A model generated the notes under the pieces. It had not been told where the DNA came from. It made no database searches and worked only from the letters and a program-made list of their open reading frames with translations. From Zygnema circumcarinatum SAG 698-1b (lineage: Eukaryota > Plantae > Zygnematophyceae): a stretch of 64,000 bases of DNA. The DNA is taken from contig CM074806.1 of assembly GCA_037447605.1 (NCBI GenBank), forward strand, positions 3,472,001 through 3,536,000, in the 5' to 3' direction. Shown here piece by piece: positions 47,401-60,486 of this stretch (position 1 is the stretch's first letter; each line of letters starts with the position of its first letter). Position numbers and translations under genes: made by a program.

Positions 47401-48317
47401 CTACCAGTAGAAGTGAATTTAAAGAACAATCGTATCAAGGAGTTATGGCTCGTTTACAAAACCGCAAATTATTTATATCAATAGAAGCGATGCATGGGGC
47501 ATTTTCTCCCCTTCATCATATTGCAGGATTCACTTCAACCCATCATCACTTCGGTAAATGTATGAAATAGGACACGTTGATCCCTTATTTTGTATGGGAA
47601 TGGATCGAGCCTCATACTCGAACTAAATGTACACTTCCGAAAAAACGACAAAAAATGGTCGGGAAATTTGTTCTAAGCCATTTTATCAAAGAAAACGAAC
47701 TAAGGATTATCCCCTTCGCTGTTCCCCCCCTCCACTGCTTTTATCGATTAAGGTGACGCGCTTGCAAAAAATCGATGAGATAGCTGAGACTGCATTCTTA
47801 GTAGTGCGATACTCATGGCCTTTGACTAGCTTGCGATACCTCCCACACACTAAAAATTTTAAAACTCCTCTCTTCGTTGCATTATTTCTCGATTTGTTTT
47901 CAATTAATCCAGTCCCTGATATCTTGCTCTCCACTTAATCCGCCTGACAACCTTACCAATCCTCAATACTATATGAGAAAAATGTACAGGGAGAAAAGAA
48001 TAAGGCATATCATATCTCTTACTGACTTGCTTCTTTGCGCTGGAACCGGTGGCAGCGAAAGCGAGCGCCTTCTGCGGCGCCTTGCGTGCAGCAGCGATCA
48101 TGGAGCTTCTGAAGCCCCCTGCCTTGACTGCATCAACAGGAAAGTCGTCGGAAGAAGGGACCGACGCGGTAAGGGCGGGCTGTGAGGGGAGAGGACTGGA
48201 GGAGGTTGGACCGGGAACAGGGTCAGAGAGAAGGTCGGGAATGACAGCTGGAGCTAGAGCTGGAGCTGATGCTGGAGCTGCAGACGCATCCGTTGATGCA
48301 GGCGGAGGTGTGGCCAT
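38410..48317 (-). CDS. TASH3: TPLATE-associated SH3 domain protein (large TPLATE/TSET complex subunit), multi-exon
   Basis: PGVLRYAFYFMSRILS...TPGGGVPTPNWDSLA...TRADVLP, HGRRMAALKAL, VAACECVYVRAQALKAMLWMQ and HEEHERLMDLV-like segments. C-terminal SH3: GRALYGFYASDDDE/LSLAVGDEVEIEYEVDGWFH/V...GLVPMLYV. Confidence 0.93.
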
Positions 48318-49498
48318 GGCTGCTGTTTGCAGCAGAGCAGGATCAGTTTTGATAAAATTCAGAAGCTGTATGGAAGGCGAGAGAGAGAAAGAGAGAGAGA
48401 GAAAGAGAGAGATTAAGAAAAGGGGCTGGCCAATACTAGTTTCTTGAGCAAGTAGTCGAGGAGAGGGAGAGAAGAAAGAGATGGGCAGCCTGAAAAATGT
48501 CTGCCATGCGAGCCCTAGCACGCTTCCGGGCCTCCATCCTGCAGCCTGCCGCGCGCAGGCCCTCTGTCGGTTGGCCGTTTCAAACTCGCCAGCGTTTCGC
48601 TGCACGGTCAACGGTTGAAAGCGCCCTCCCTCCCTCCCTCGCGCTCTCTTGAGCCTTGAGGCAGAGGGCGCTACAGCCCAATGCTTGGCTGGCTGCCATG
48701 TTTGGGGAAGGGGGGGGGCTGCGGGCAGGCCTGAGGGAAGGCGATGCTGAGGTTGTGCAACACTAGACCACTTGCAAGGAGGGCCTCAGAACAGCGCATG
48801 ATACGGTTTTCAACGGCCATGTGACATGCTTACTTTTCGGATCACAGGGCAATTATGCTCAACTTTCCCGTACTTTTTTCGGTCTTTGGTTGATTGCATG
48901 GACCAGACCCAGGCGGCTCTCACATACACGTCACCTCAGTGACTTTAAAATGACAAACAAACAGACTAATTCGGAGAAGAGCGCAACTGGGGGAGTTAAT
49001 TGAAGACACGTTTTGATAGAGAGCTTTGACCTTCGAAGCCAATTACGGGCGTGTCCAAGAGTTTGCACGTCATAGATCCAACTAAAGAGTTGGCTAGCCA
49101 CCATAACGACAGTCGTTACCCAACATGCAATGCACAACAGGGCCATCTGGGCTGACAAGGGAGACAATATTGAAATACGTTAAAAAAAAAAAAAAAACAA
49201 ATTCGAGAAAGAACACATCTCAGAACCTCCCTTGCAAGTTGGGACAATTAAACCAGCTGAAAGTAGCTATCCTGCCCCTGACAAGTTGGTGAAACGCGAG
49301 CACAAAGCACCATATACAAAGCAGCAAGCTTATGTCTACAAAAGAGTACATGTTCCGTTACAGAACTGGACTCCACTGAGCATTGCTCTCAATGCAATAC
49401 ATGACAGCACCAAGTCTCGAATTCCTACAGAATAAATTCACAACTACCCGCGAGGCCACTTGGAGAAGTTGCAAAGTGCTTTAGGTGGGCCTCCTCCT

Positions 49499-52400
49499 TC
49501 AGTCTGCAGAGCCGATGCGCACAAATTAGTCACTCAATTTTAGCACAGTGACGTGGAACAACCATAGCAACCCCAGGCCGAGATTATTAGCAGCCATTTC
49601 AATACAAGCTTGATCCCAGAGCCAATACAAAGAGGGCGTTGTGTTTACTTTGAGGAGCGTAAACTACTGCAGTCCGCGCAGGCGCATACACCATGAACGA
49701 ATGGGGCCGATTGTCAAAGTAGCCCTCCTGCAGTTCAACAGAGCTATGTTTGAGTACAGCAGGAGTGCATCCGGTGGGCAGAATCTACCGCGGATTGATC
49801 ACTGACTGGCACAGAAGGGGACAACATCGAACTTCACATTCACCAACCTTCATATGTTGCTTCAGTAGACGACTTGGCACAGCCAAAACCAAAGGAGTCA
49901 ACGGGTCTTTCATCTTGGGATATCTAATGAATGCACAAATCTTAGTGAAAATACGACATAACGTTTCAGAACTGTAGGTGGAGATGGCATGTTCGGAAAG
50001 TCACAGAAAAGAGAGGGAGAGTTGAACCTGGGTGAAGAAATCGGCGTTGTGATTCAAACGGTCAAATCCTCCAAACCGTTTCTCATCTGAATCTAAGACA
50101 ATCTGCCAAGCACCGCCCAGTCACCCTCTTCCCTTGATGACGTCTATACTTGAGTCAAAAGCACAAAACACAGGTCCAACTACATTCAAGATCCATAAAG
50201 TTAAAACTTCTGCAATTGCTGGCCGTGCCATTCGCAAGGACGGCACTGCATATTCCCTTGCCCCCATTGCGGTGCATACCTTGTATTTGCCGTTCTTGAG
50301 GCAGCCTACTCGGTAGTCCGTAAAGCTATTCTCCCAGTGGAAGTTGAACACAAACACGAGATCGCCGCGCTCGAACACAATAAACTTGTCGCCTTCATCT
50401 TTCCTCGACACGTACTGATGGGAGCTCGTCATGAACTGCTAAAAATTTCCAGCCAAGGGCACTAGTCATACACCAAATTTCGTGCCTTTGCTGGGTGTAG
50501 CTCGAGGCCGGAACTATCTAGGCAGGAAAGTCGACATACTTCACTATTTCAAGGCAATGTTTTCATGAAATACAAATACTATTCAATCCCGTTATTCCCA
50601 AATTCGCACCTTACACAGCATGGCAATCTGCAAACTGCAAAATTGTGAGCAAGCATGGAACGCAGACTGAAAGCCTTACACCATATTTCTCTTCGCACTC
50701 CTGCATGGCTTGATCAAAATCCTGCAGGCCTTTGTAGCGCAGGAACTCTGCATCTGCCTGCACATATAGAATAAAGGATACTTTCAAAAGGGTCTTCTCC
50801 AATATGAATATTTCGGAAAAAAAGTCACCAACAGGATAACGTGAAGTTGCATGCCACCCCTGCTTCATAACTGGCCAAGGGTTTTTTCATGCGAGTTGGC
50901 AGCAAGTGCCCTCAAGGCGCATGTAGTCAGACAGTGCGAGTCACACAATTATGATAGATGCCGATCGTCTATCGTCAGTAATCGGTAAAATATTGAGAAC
51001 TAACAGAAAAATGCGAACGGAAGCAAAGATAAAGTACCGACCAGGTCGAAACGGCGGCGACAGAGATGGTAGCTCATGCCGTTCCCGGGAATGAACTTGC
51101 CGCTTTTGGTGGTGAAGTCATCTCTGGGGAAGTCAATCCACTCTGCAGTTCCAATTCAATGACTAACAAGCTATGCTCAATAGAGAGCCTCTTCCCTTTG
51201 AACATCTCAAGCAAAGAAATGAGACAACACCAGTGGATATCCCTAGCTTTATTTGCGGCATGTCAGAATGGACACTCAACAGAGCACAATGGATGATAAA
51301 AGCAAGCGGTGGCAGACCTGGATGCCCAAACTCATTGCCCATGAAGTTGAGATAGCCCTCTCCTCCCAACGCCATGGTGATGAGTCGGATCATCTTGTGC
51401 AGCGCGATTCCGCGGTCGATGGTAGGAGTGCTTGGGCCAGTCAATGCCATAAAATCATACATATCCTGCTCCCCCAACAACACCACAGACAGAAAAAACT
51501 GTCACATGTGAACTGGTTTCCTGGAAACTATGGAACGCACATAAGTGGAAGAAAACAGGATTATGTATAACCCCAACATCACTCGTCAGCATTTTTGCTA
51601 AGCTTTATGGTATGAGCAATTCCGAGATCTGAATGTCATCTTCTTACCTTGTCCATGAGCCAGAAAGCAATGGTCTTGTCTCCCACAAGTGCCTGATCGT
51701 GGCTTTCTGCATATGCGATTGCCCTTTCTTGCCAGCGACGGTTTGTCAATGTGTGCACAATGTTCCCCATACTCCAATCCTCATCCTTCATCCTGAATAA
51801 GGCACGGACAGAGAGGCAGTCAGCAAGCTAAAAATCTGTCAGGATCTGAGAATTCAACTTTGCAATCTTCGAATACGAATAGTAAGCGGAATCTTTCCTC
51901 CCAAGTTCAAACCCACTTTAATACCATCTGTGTTCCAAGTATGGTGGCAGGAATCGTACTCTGATAGGAGCTCAATCCACTTGTCAGCAATAGCCATCTG
52001 CAGTCGGTAGTCAAATCCAATCCCGCCTTCGTGCACCGGCCGGCAGAGGGTGGGCATTCCGCTCACCTACAGAACGCAAGCAAATGAGATTCTAAGCTTT
52101 CTAGAAAGCCCACTGCAATAGACAGGAGTGAAATACTGCCTGGCAGAGAAATTCTTTTCTCTAGCGGAGTGGTATTATAAGAAGCTTACATCTTCGGCGA
52201 CGGTGATCGCCGAGGGATACAAGCCGTGAACCATTTCGTTTGCCAGCATGAGGTAGACTACCGCATCCACATCTGTTGATAAGCCAAAGTACTCGCTGTA
52301 ATGGCCAGTGAAGGCCATCTGCACGAACCAACCACAAGTAAAAAATGCTGCTTTGATGTTTCCTCAAACTGACCTTAATTTCAGCATCATAAACCTCAAA

Positions 52401-55400
52401 CCCCGTGGTCCCTAGTAAAAAAAGCAGAAGACGGCGGAGCTAGAAAACTAAAAGAATAAACAAAAGCAAAAGCATTAACAGAGACACAATTCTGACCTGC
52501 AAGCCGTGATGAGTGTACATCATGGATGTGATGCCGTCGAATCTGAAGCCATCGAATCTGTACTCCTCCATCCACCATCGCAAGTTGGAGAGCAGGAATC
52601 GCAACACCTGAAAATCACCAAATGAACAAACTCAGAAATCGACTCACGGAAATAATCGAATCGTCCAGTAAAAAGAATTTTGCCGCTGTCGGATGACATA
52701 GTTGCCTTCATTGTGAAGAAGTTTTACCTCCCATTCTGAATAGTTGAATAGGCGACTGTCCCACATCCAGTGATAGCCCAAAGCCCCACTGTGGAAGTAT
52801 TGCGAGTCGGTACCATCGAACATATTGAGTCCGTCCAAAACATTGTTTGAAGCATGGCTGCATTCAAGAAAGCCACATCCAGCAACAATCCACGTTATAT
52901 TCTAAACGAAATAGAATATGACCCGTGTGTTTTAATAGGTCTGATTCACAAGACGGAGCATCGCCTTGCACTAAGGAATCCTTTGGGCTACCCGAACCTA
53001 CCTTGCAGTAAGTAACTATGACAAAACTCTGCTTCCATGTCTGTTGTATTGTGTTCAGCTTTCCCAATTTTCCCAAGAAGCCCACCTGTGCACGCAGTCC
53101 ATTAGCACCACGATGCCAAGCTCGTGCGCGCGGTCGATCATGCTCTTCAGATCGTCCGGTGTGCCGCACCGACTGCTCGCCGCGAAGAAGTTGGTCACGT
53201 GGTAGCTGCTCCATAGGAAGGAAGGGAACGTCAAACAAAGGCGCACAAATTAATACCTGGATGCGTAAAATGGCATGAGAATTCAATCGTCTGCTGAGAT
53301 GGACTGCGTCTTGTCTTGCAGAACAGCAATTCAGATAAAGGTTGGAATTGAGAAGCACAGCTCACCCCATGCTTCAGCAAGCAAAGAGCTTAGTTAAACA
53401 CACAGGACACAGTTCAGAATTTTACCCAAAGCTCCCATAATAGGCATGCTCTTGAATCGCCATAAGCTGCACAGCATTGTAGCCGAGTCTCTTGATCCGA
53501 GGGAGAACATTGTCACGGAACTCAATGTAAGAGCTCACCTTTGGTTCCTGCAATGCTCACATATGACCAATTTATCCACAAGCATAGTCGGCTAATTCCC
53601 AAACCTGTCTCTACTGAATAAGTACAGACATAGGCATTCCATGGTTCCTTCCTAGCAGCAAGAAAATGATAACATGGTCCAGCGCATATCTTCTACCCCT
53701 CCATTGCCTTTTCCTATGAAATGATCCACAGCCATAAAAATCACTAGCTTCAACTAAGTTACTGTCCCATTTCTCCTTTCAGTTAAAAACAAAATTCCGG
53801 CCATTAACATCCTTAAAGTGATCGGCCCACAACTCTGCTCAACCAGACTGAAAACAAACAACGCTTCGCGATGGGACGCGTCATGAAACTGAAAGTAAGT
53901 GTATCAACAAGGCTCCATAGCTGCTACTCAATTCCCATGAGCACAATATAAGGGTCGCTGAAAACCTACCGGGCTGCTCATTCCAACGTGGGCTTCATAG
54001 ATACGCAGAGAGACCGGACGGGCCGGACGGGGATGCTTGAATTCATACAGTTCCTGCTCCCCCTCTCCAACTCCACCATGAGGCTTCAAAAGCAGGCATG
54101 CAAATACTTGGAATCTAGCGACTCATGCTCATATAATCAAAGCTACAATTCACGCCCAGCCTGCTCCGAGCAGAGTAGAACTTTTTGTGTTCGTTTTTGC
54201 AGATAAATCAACACTTGCACGATGACGACTGCCTGTATGTTCGACGGTTTGCAGTCTTTGCATGATATGTGATTCTAAACTTATGAAAATCTTCTGAAGC
54301 TTGAAGGGTCCTGCGCATTGGGACTGAATTCTAGAGTTTCTTATCTGTTGTGTTTGTGGGAACAAAGGACAATGGGCGCATGATGGAGGTTTGATGACCC
54401 AAAGGATGACACGAACTCCTTTCTACCCGCCGGCAAGAGGTCGAACTCATTACCTCGGCCGGTGGGTCGTAGTAAATTCCGTTGTATGGAATTTCCCCAG
54501 GGGCCTGCACGGCGAACTTGATCCAAGCAGGGATCGCATCTTTTGGACCGGACGGGGTCTTCATGTGAATCTGTTATAAACAAGCACCCAAAACTGACCT
54601 ACACGGTTCAGAAATTATGTGTGCGAAAAAGCAGAAATAATCCAGGTCTTGATTTCAAGCCTAATAAGTAGTTCCCGTGCAGCGCAGGGATAGAACCCAC
54701 AACGTCGAATGCAGCACAACCATGCGAGTTGGCAAACACCCACAATCATGTGATAAATGGAACTTCCGATGCGAGGGAAGTTGGAGCTCCTTGTACAATT
54801 TGACTATTGGAGAAGCATGGTTTTGCAGCATAGTATGCTGTCCGACTCACCTTCACCCGTGAGCCGTGCGGGATGGCGGGGCTGCCATCGGCGTTGTCCG
54901 GGAGAAAGATCTCCCACACGCCGAAGTCATTCTGGAACGGAAAACAGAGGCTTGAGAAAACTGAGGTAGCAAGGCAGTATGGTTTTGTAACCACCAAAAA
55001 TTAATGCTAGACAACGAAAAGGAACATTGCTGAGTCTCTGTACCTTGGCCATGGCATCAGCTGCAGGATTCCAGTTATTGAAGTCGCCGATCAGGGAAGC
55101 GTACTGCGCGAGCCAATTCGGAACACGTGCAGTCAGCAAATCACTGACTGGACAAGCTCTGTGCGAGCTGCATTACACGAGCAAAGGCCTTCATTTCGCC
55201 AACCGGGACAACAGACTCCATCTGAAGTTATCAATTTAGGAGGGCCGCTGTCATACACACAACCCTAACCTAATTAAAGAACACGCCAAATTACTCAGGA
55301 ATTAGGAGTCGTGCAAAGTTTAAAAAGGACCTACCGAAGCACCAGGAGCCCATTCTCTGTAGGTGATGCCTTTTGCACTGCCAAAAGGAATCCAGTGGAA

Positions 55401-58400
55401 ACATCCAAAGTTGAAAATCCATGTCATAAACAGGAGTCTATTATTAAGGCAATCAACGAGCAGATGAATTTGGCAACAAAAGCGCAGTCGGCTTCCTGTG
55501 ACTTCTGCCTAATCTTGTCGTAATCTCAAACATTCAAGAGCCTTTCCTCGACTGACTCTTGCCTCTTAATTCAACAACGTCTCCATTTTCCAAAGTACAC
55601 ACCTAGCAGTCACTACTAACTAAGGAAAGCATGCGTGTGCCTCATGTTCATTTGGAGTTTTACTCCGATAAAGATTGACAAATCAGACATGTTTACACAA
55701 GTCATAAGTTGAGCGTTGTTTCACCTCATTCCTCCCATTTTAGTATGAAGTGCTAAAGACTGTGACTAGGCAAAACCGGCTGGAAAAGTAATTCTCATGA
55801 TGATTAGCCAAAATTGGAAAGGTTGATTCATGGTATCATTATGGGGATCTGCCATCAATACAACATTTAGGGCTTCCTGACAACGCGGAGAAAAAGGACT
55901 TACTTCCTTGTGAAACCAAACTTTTCATAGCCACGAGAAAAGGCCTCCAAGCTTCCTTCAAACTTGTCGATAGTTTCTCTGATACTTCTGTACTTGCTGT
56001 ACCTGCAGAAGGAAGCAAACGGCAAGTAACAGCCTTTCAAACGGTTAGCAAGAGCCTACGAGTGATTACAGTGATTGCAGAGAACATGTTCACCTAGGCC
56101 TACGCATCGTCTGGTTGTTTGTCCCAAAAAAGACTCATACAACCTCGTCGCATGCATAGGCATGACAATTGTGGCAGTTAAGTGTGATCTCGATCGCTCA
56201 TGATAGGAAGGCTTCTTATAGAGGACAGACAATGAACACCAAACAAGCATTTTCAGTTGAAAAATCCCAGCATACTGGAAGCTCGGAAAAATGAAGCCCT
56301 TAAACGCTTAGAAGCTTAATGGAAGTTTTCACGATGCAGAACCATTACAACAGCTTACTGGTCCAAATCTACAATGAGTAAGACCATTCTCCACACTGGA
56401 CCGTTTGCATGAGTCCCTTGACATCGTGCACCTCCTGCCAGAGAAACGAAGATACCTGTATTCAAGGTGATCGCGGTAATTCCGCAGTTCGGAATCCTGA
56501 TCATAAATCTTTTGACCGTCCCCGGGCGGAGGAATCACGCCAAGCTTTTCCGACTTTATTTGTTCGCGCAACAGCGCATTCTCTTCCCGTATTGCCTAAC
56601 ACTCCATCATAGCCATAAGTCCGTGTTACATTTGAGCGCAAATGCCAATCCCGGGATCCAAGTACATCTTCACAGATTGGGCTCAAAGGCATATCCGCTA
56701 CGCAATACACGTGGAGAAGGTAAACACATACTACCTTAACCTGTCCATTTTAAACTGATCAAAACAACGAGGTCGAACGCACGCATACCCAACTCAAGTA
56801 AACAGCTAGTCTTGTGGGATCAAAGCATGTAGTAATCAAATGAGGCATTTGGTAAGGAAAGGACACATCCTGACAAAAGAAGTACATAGACTACAATTGC
56901 GAAAAAGCTAATCCAAACGTGCTACAACCTCTCACCTAGCCATTGAAATGGGCCCTTCTCACACAGAAGTTACAACTGCAAAAAGAAAAGGCTGATGTAC
57001 CATGCTTAAACTTCATCGCCATGAAAAAGAAGGAGCTGCGAGACTATGCCATTGGTGGTTGAACAAGCTACCTACAAGGACTAGAACGTAAACAAGACTC
57101 TTTCCGTTACGATGAACTAGGCTTCTCCTGTCTCACAGCAAAAACTAAAGATGGAAAAACTACATCGAGAAGGGTTCAAAAGATATCTGGCGAAAGAACC
57201 TGCGCTGCATACCCCTCGACATCTGCGAAAGTAAGTTGTGCAGTCCTCCCTATCCAATGGCAAAGACCCTCCGCGAAGCAGGTTAAGTTCACAGACACAC
57301 CTTTATCTGCTTTTCCAACTGCTCCGCCTCATCTTCAACATTTGCAACTGCAACCTTCTCTGGCCCCTCTGCATCTGCGGAAATCCGCAATGAGCATTTC
57401 CTCTGTAGACGCCCCCGAAGGCTAAACCTGCTGCTAGCGGTGCGTTGCGAGGAAAACGATTTCACTCCTCCCAACCCGCCACACAAAGGAATCGATTGGC
57501 TCAAACCTAGACAATCATCACAACATACAAACGATCGACAGTATTAATAGAAACACAACACGCAGCCGCATGCCACACTAGCATATCCCAAGTCTCTGTT
57601 GCCCTCATGAGACCCTTGCAGAATACAAGACTTAAGCTCAATACAATACAAAGCTTTGGTCCAACTTGGACAGGCTCTGGCCCTTCTACAGTAAAGCCCT
57701 GTGCTAGTAAAAGATCCTAAAAGAGCCCAATACTTGCTGTTAAATTTTTCTTCTGAAAATAGCTCATCAAGCTACGCATCTATTAAGAATATAAATAGCT
57801 TCAGAGAAAACTGCATGCAGAATAACCTCTCATCAGTAACCATAGAAATCTTTCAAAGTAGAGTTTCCATGTTCCACTCTGCCAGCGTTCAATGACCTCG
57901 TCTTTGCAGACAATGAACGCTTTACCGCTTGGTACATACCAATCTAAAGCATTTCGCTATCCCAGACACTCAGCTCAGAACCTATTATTGCTTCGCAGAG
58001 TCAAAACTGTTCTGCAGTGGGAGGTGTACATTATCAACTTTGAGACGTGAGGAGACTCTTACCCAGACATTGAAAGCAGCTGTGAAGAGCAAAAGGGCTA
58101 AGTCTAGGACAGACATCGTGAAATGCAGCGAGGTCTGAAGTTCACAAACGACGAAAACTTATATAGCCCTTCTTGCAAGCGTGCGGCTAAGCAGTTGTAG
58201 AGAGAATTTCTTTATACAAAAACGAAGAGAGTAAAGCTCTGGCGTGAGCCACTGCAACCCCTTGAGGAACATCCCTCATAATGCCGCAAGTCACATCAAC
58301 CCCCCCACAACCATGTCATGACCTTAAGTTCAATGTGAAATTCTCCTTACATTTAAATCTCCCCACATTGTGTCCAGAGGGCTAGTAAATTCCGTGAGTA

Positions 58401-58947
58401 CTAATGCATATACGCAATGCATCTGTTGCAAACACGCTTTTTAACATTACGAACAAAATGCGACGATGAGCTAAATGCTTTCAACCCTCTGCATGCACAG
58501 TGATGCGCGGGTGTAGTCTGCACTGTTGTTGACATTGGCGGTATCCAAAACTACTGCGCTACCAGGGTTGCGCGTTGGCTACAGCTGCAGATACAAATTC
58601 TGAACACTCCCTGCTAGCTAAATATTCTAAGCAGAAGCAAAGTGAAGAAAAAAAAAATTATAAGGTAACAACGTGTGTAAAGTTTACTGTATCCTGTTAC
58701 TGGGAGAAAGGGGTCTCGAAGCCCATCCTACATTCAGCTGACTTTTTCCATGGAGGGCTCGGGTATGACTCGAATGTCATACGTACAAAGGTAAAAGAAA
58801 AACGATAAAACGACAGATAGCAGCAGAGAGTTCCTCACCCTGGACGGAGTTAGAAGAAGAGGTCTTCGCCTCGTGGCCTCCTACGCCCTTTACAGAAAGG
58901 CCATGTGTCGCCACCTGGCCGCCTATCAAACTTGCCGCGAACGCCAT
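49499..58947 (-). CDS. SBE2: 1,4-alpha-glucan branching enzyme, starch branching enzyme class II (GH13), with plastid transit peptide; ~22 exons; last exon tentative
   Basis: [82 protein letters not shown] (nucleophile), [41 protein letters not shown]. Confidence 0.97.
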
Positions 58948-59249
58948 GGCAGCAGCCTGCAGCCAAGAGTGGCGCCTGTTCTAAAGGGGCCCTCTAATTC
59001 ATTCACCTGCACCTTCACCTGTCCTTCGCCACGACCAAAAACCGTGGCGCAAAAGCCTTAACTATTACCCTCTCAGTCGTACTCAACGTCCTTTCTTACC
59101 TCTCTCCCCCTCCTCTTCTCGTCTGTCCCTGCCCTTCCCTGTCCCTCCTGGGACTTCCGCCCCCGACGGTCTCCCTTCTCTCTCTCTCTCTCTTCCCTTC
59201 TCCTCTCTCCCTCCCTCCCTCCCTCCCCCCGCTGTAAGGGCGAGCGCTG

Positions 59250-59272
59250 CAAGCCCCACGTGGCACGTGGTA
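59250..59272. promoter_or_regulatory. Tandem G-box/ABRE motifs upstream of SBE2
   Basis: CCACGTGGCACGTGG lies ~310 bp upstream of the ATG, within a GC-rich island. Confidence 0.45.
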
Positions 59273-59472
59273 AGCTCAGTGCGGATAGGGCATCCGCGGG
59301 ATACAACACGCGCACAAACGATCCGAAGCGCAACCGACGGACGGTCCGGATCGCGCGGGAAGCCGCATCGGACGGCGAAGCGGCGCCCGTTGCGTCAGCC
59401 AGCACGGGGGGACTCGCGAGGGAAGCAAACAAGGGAATGCCCATACGACGGACCAGGTGAAGATGGGGCATC

Positions 59473-60486
59473 CATGGATCTCGCGCATGGCGATGAGGCC
59501 ATCAGATGTGCATGGACAGAGTCAGCATGGGGAACCACGAGGAACTGGTCGCAAAGGACCTAAGCACAAAAGAAGAAGCTACGCCTCGCCTCAACACCGC
59601 TTCAAGCCCTCCCTCGAAGCAGCCGCGCAGGTCGCCGATCCATGTGCGGCATCAAACCCGGTTTTAACTCCTTAACCCGTTTCTCGCTTCTTTCTTGTGT
59701 GCTTAGGTCCTTTGCGCCCAGTTCCTCGTGGTTCCCCATGCTGACTTCGTCCATGCACATTTGATGGCCTCGCCATCGTGAGATCAATGGCACTTCTCCC
59801 GTTTTTAACGCCACTAAGGGATGATTCTGAGTTTCGTTCAAGGGAATTAATGGTTTTTTTTTGTATTTTTTGTACTTTGTTTGTACTTTTTCGTATTGTC
59901 TTTGTACATTTGTTTGTACTCTCTTTGTAATTTGGACGAAGTTTTTGTCCCATAGTAACATTCGAATGTCATCACATCATCACTATCTCCATCAGTGGAC
60001 ATACCCACGACGGTTTCTCGAGATTTCTCGCCATTGGCTGCATAAAGAATCCATGAACTTCGCCAATGCTTCAAGCATCACCTCGCCAGCATGGCGCCCA
60101 ACCACTGGCAATGCCAACGAATGACCTTCAACTGAGAAACGTACACAGATGTCAAGACACTCCATGCCGTGTGACGTTGAACAGTCGAGTGCGAGGGAAC
60201 AGCCTTTCACTTTCTTCAGCATATCAGCACTTGCCTGCAAACTGACAGCACATGCAACTCGTGAGTAGTTTGCTGCCATATGTTCAGTGCAGCCACTGTA
60301 AACGCTTAAAACACTTTGATCACGGAAAATTTGGACCATACGGGAAGCTTGCCGAAATGAAACTCCAATAGCAACACATTTCATCAAAAGTGAGAAGGGG
60401 AGAAGTGGCATTGGTCTCACGATGGCGAGGCCATCAAATGTACATGGACAAATCCAGCACAGGGAACCACGAAGAACTGGTCGCAA
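59473..60486 (-). mobile_element. Non-autonomous DNA transposon derivative: three copies of the foldback arm (59473-59580, 59686-59800, 60398-60486) and an internal hAT-like transposase fragment (~59960-60390)
   Basis: Minus-strand GVSFRQAS...CAVSLQ...SLALDCST...LDICVRF...H.GE....D.LC.QW followed by frameshifted VGMSTDGD..MT, matching the first two acidic catalytic motifs of hAT-type DDE transposases. (TTTGTAC)-like short repeats at 59860-59930. Confidence 0.7.

Noticed and set aside
38410-48317. TPLATE itself
   Set aside because: The motifs and terminal SH3 domain match TASH3; the TPLATE N-terminus (MDILFAQIQADL) is absent.
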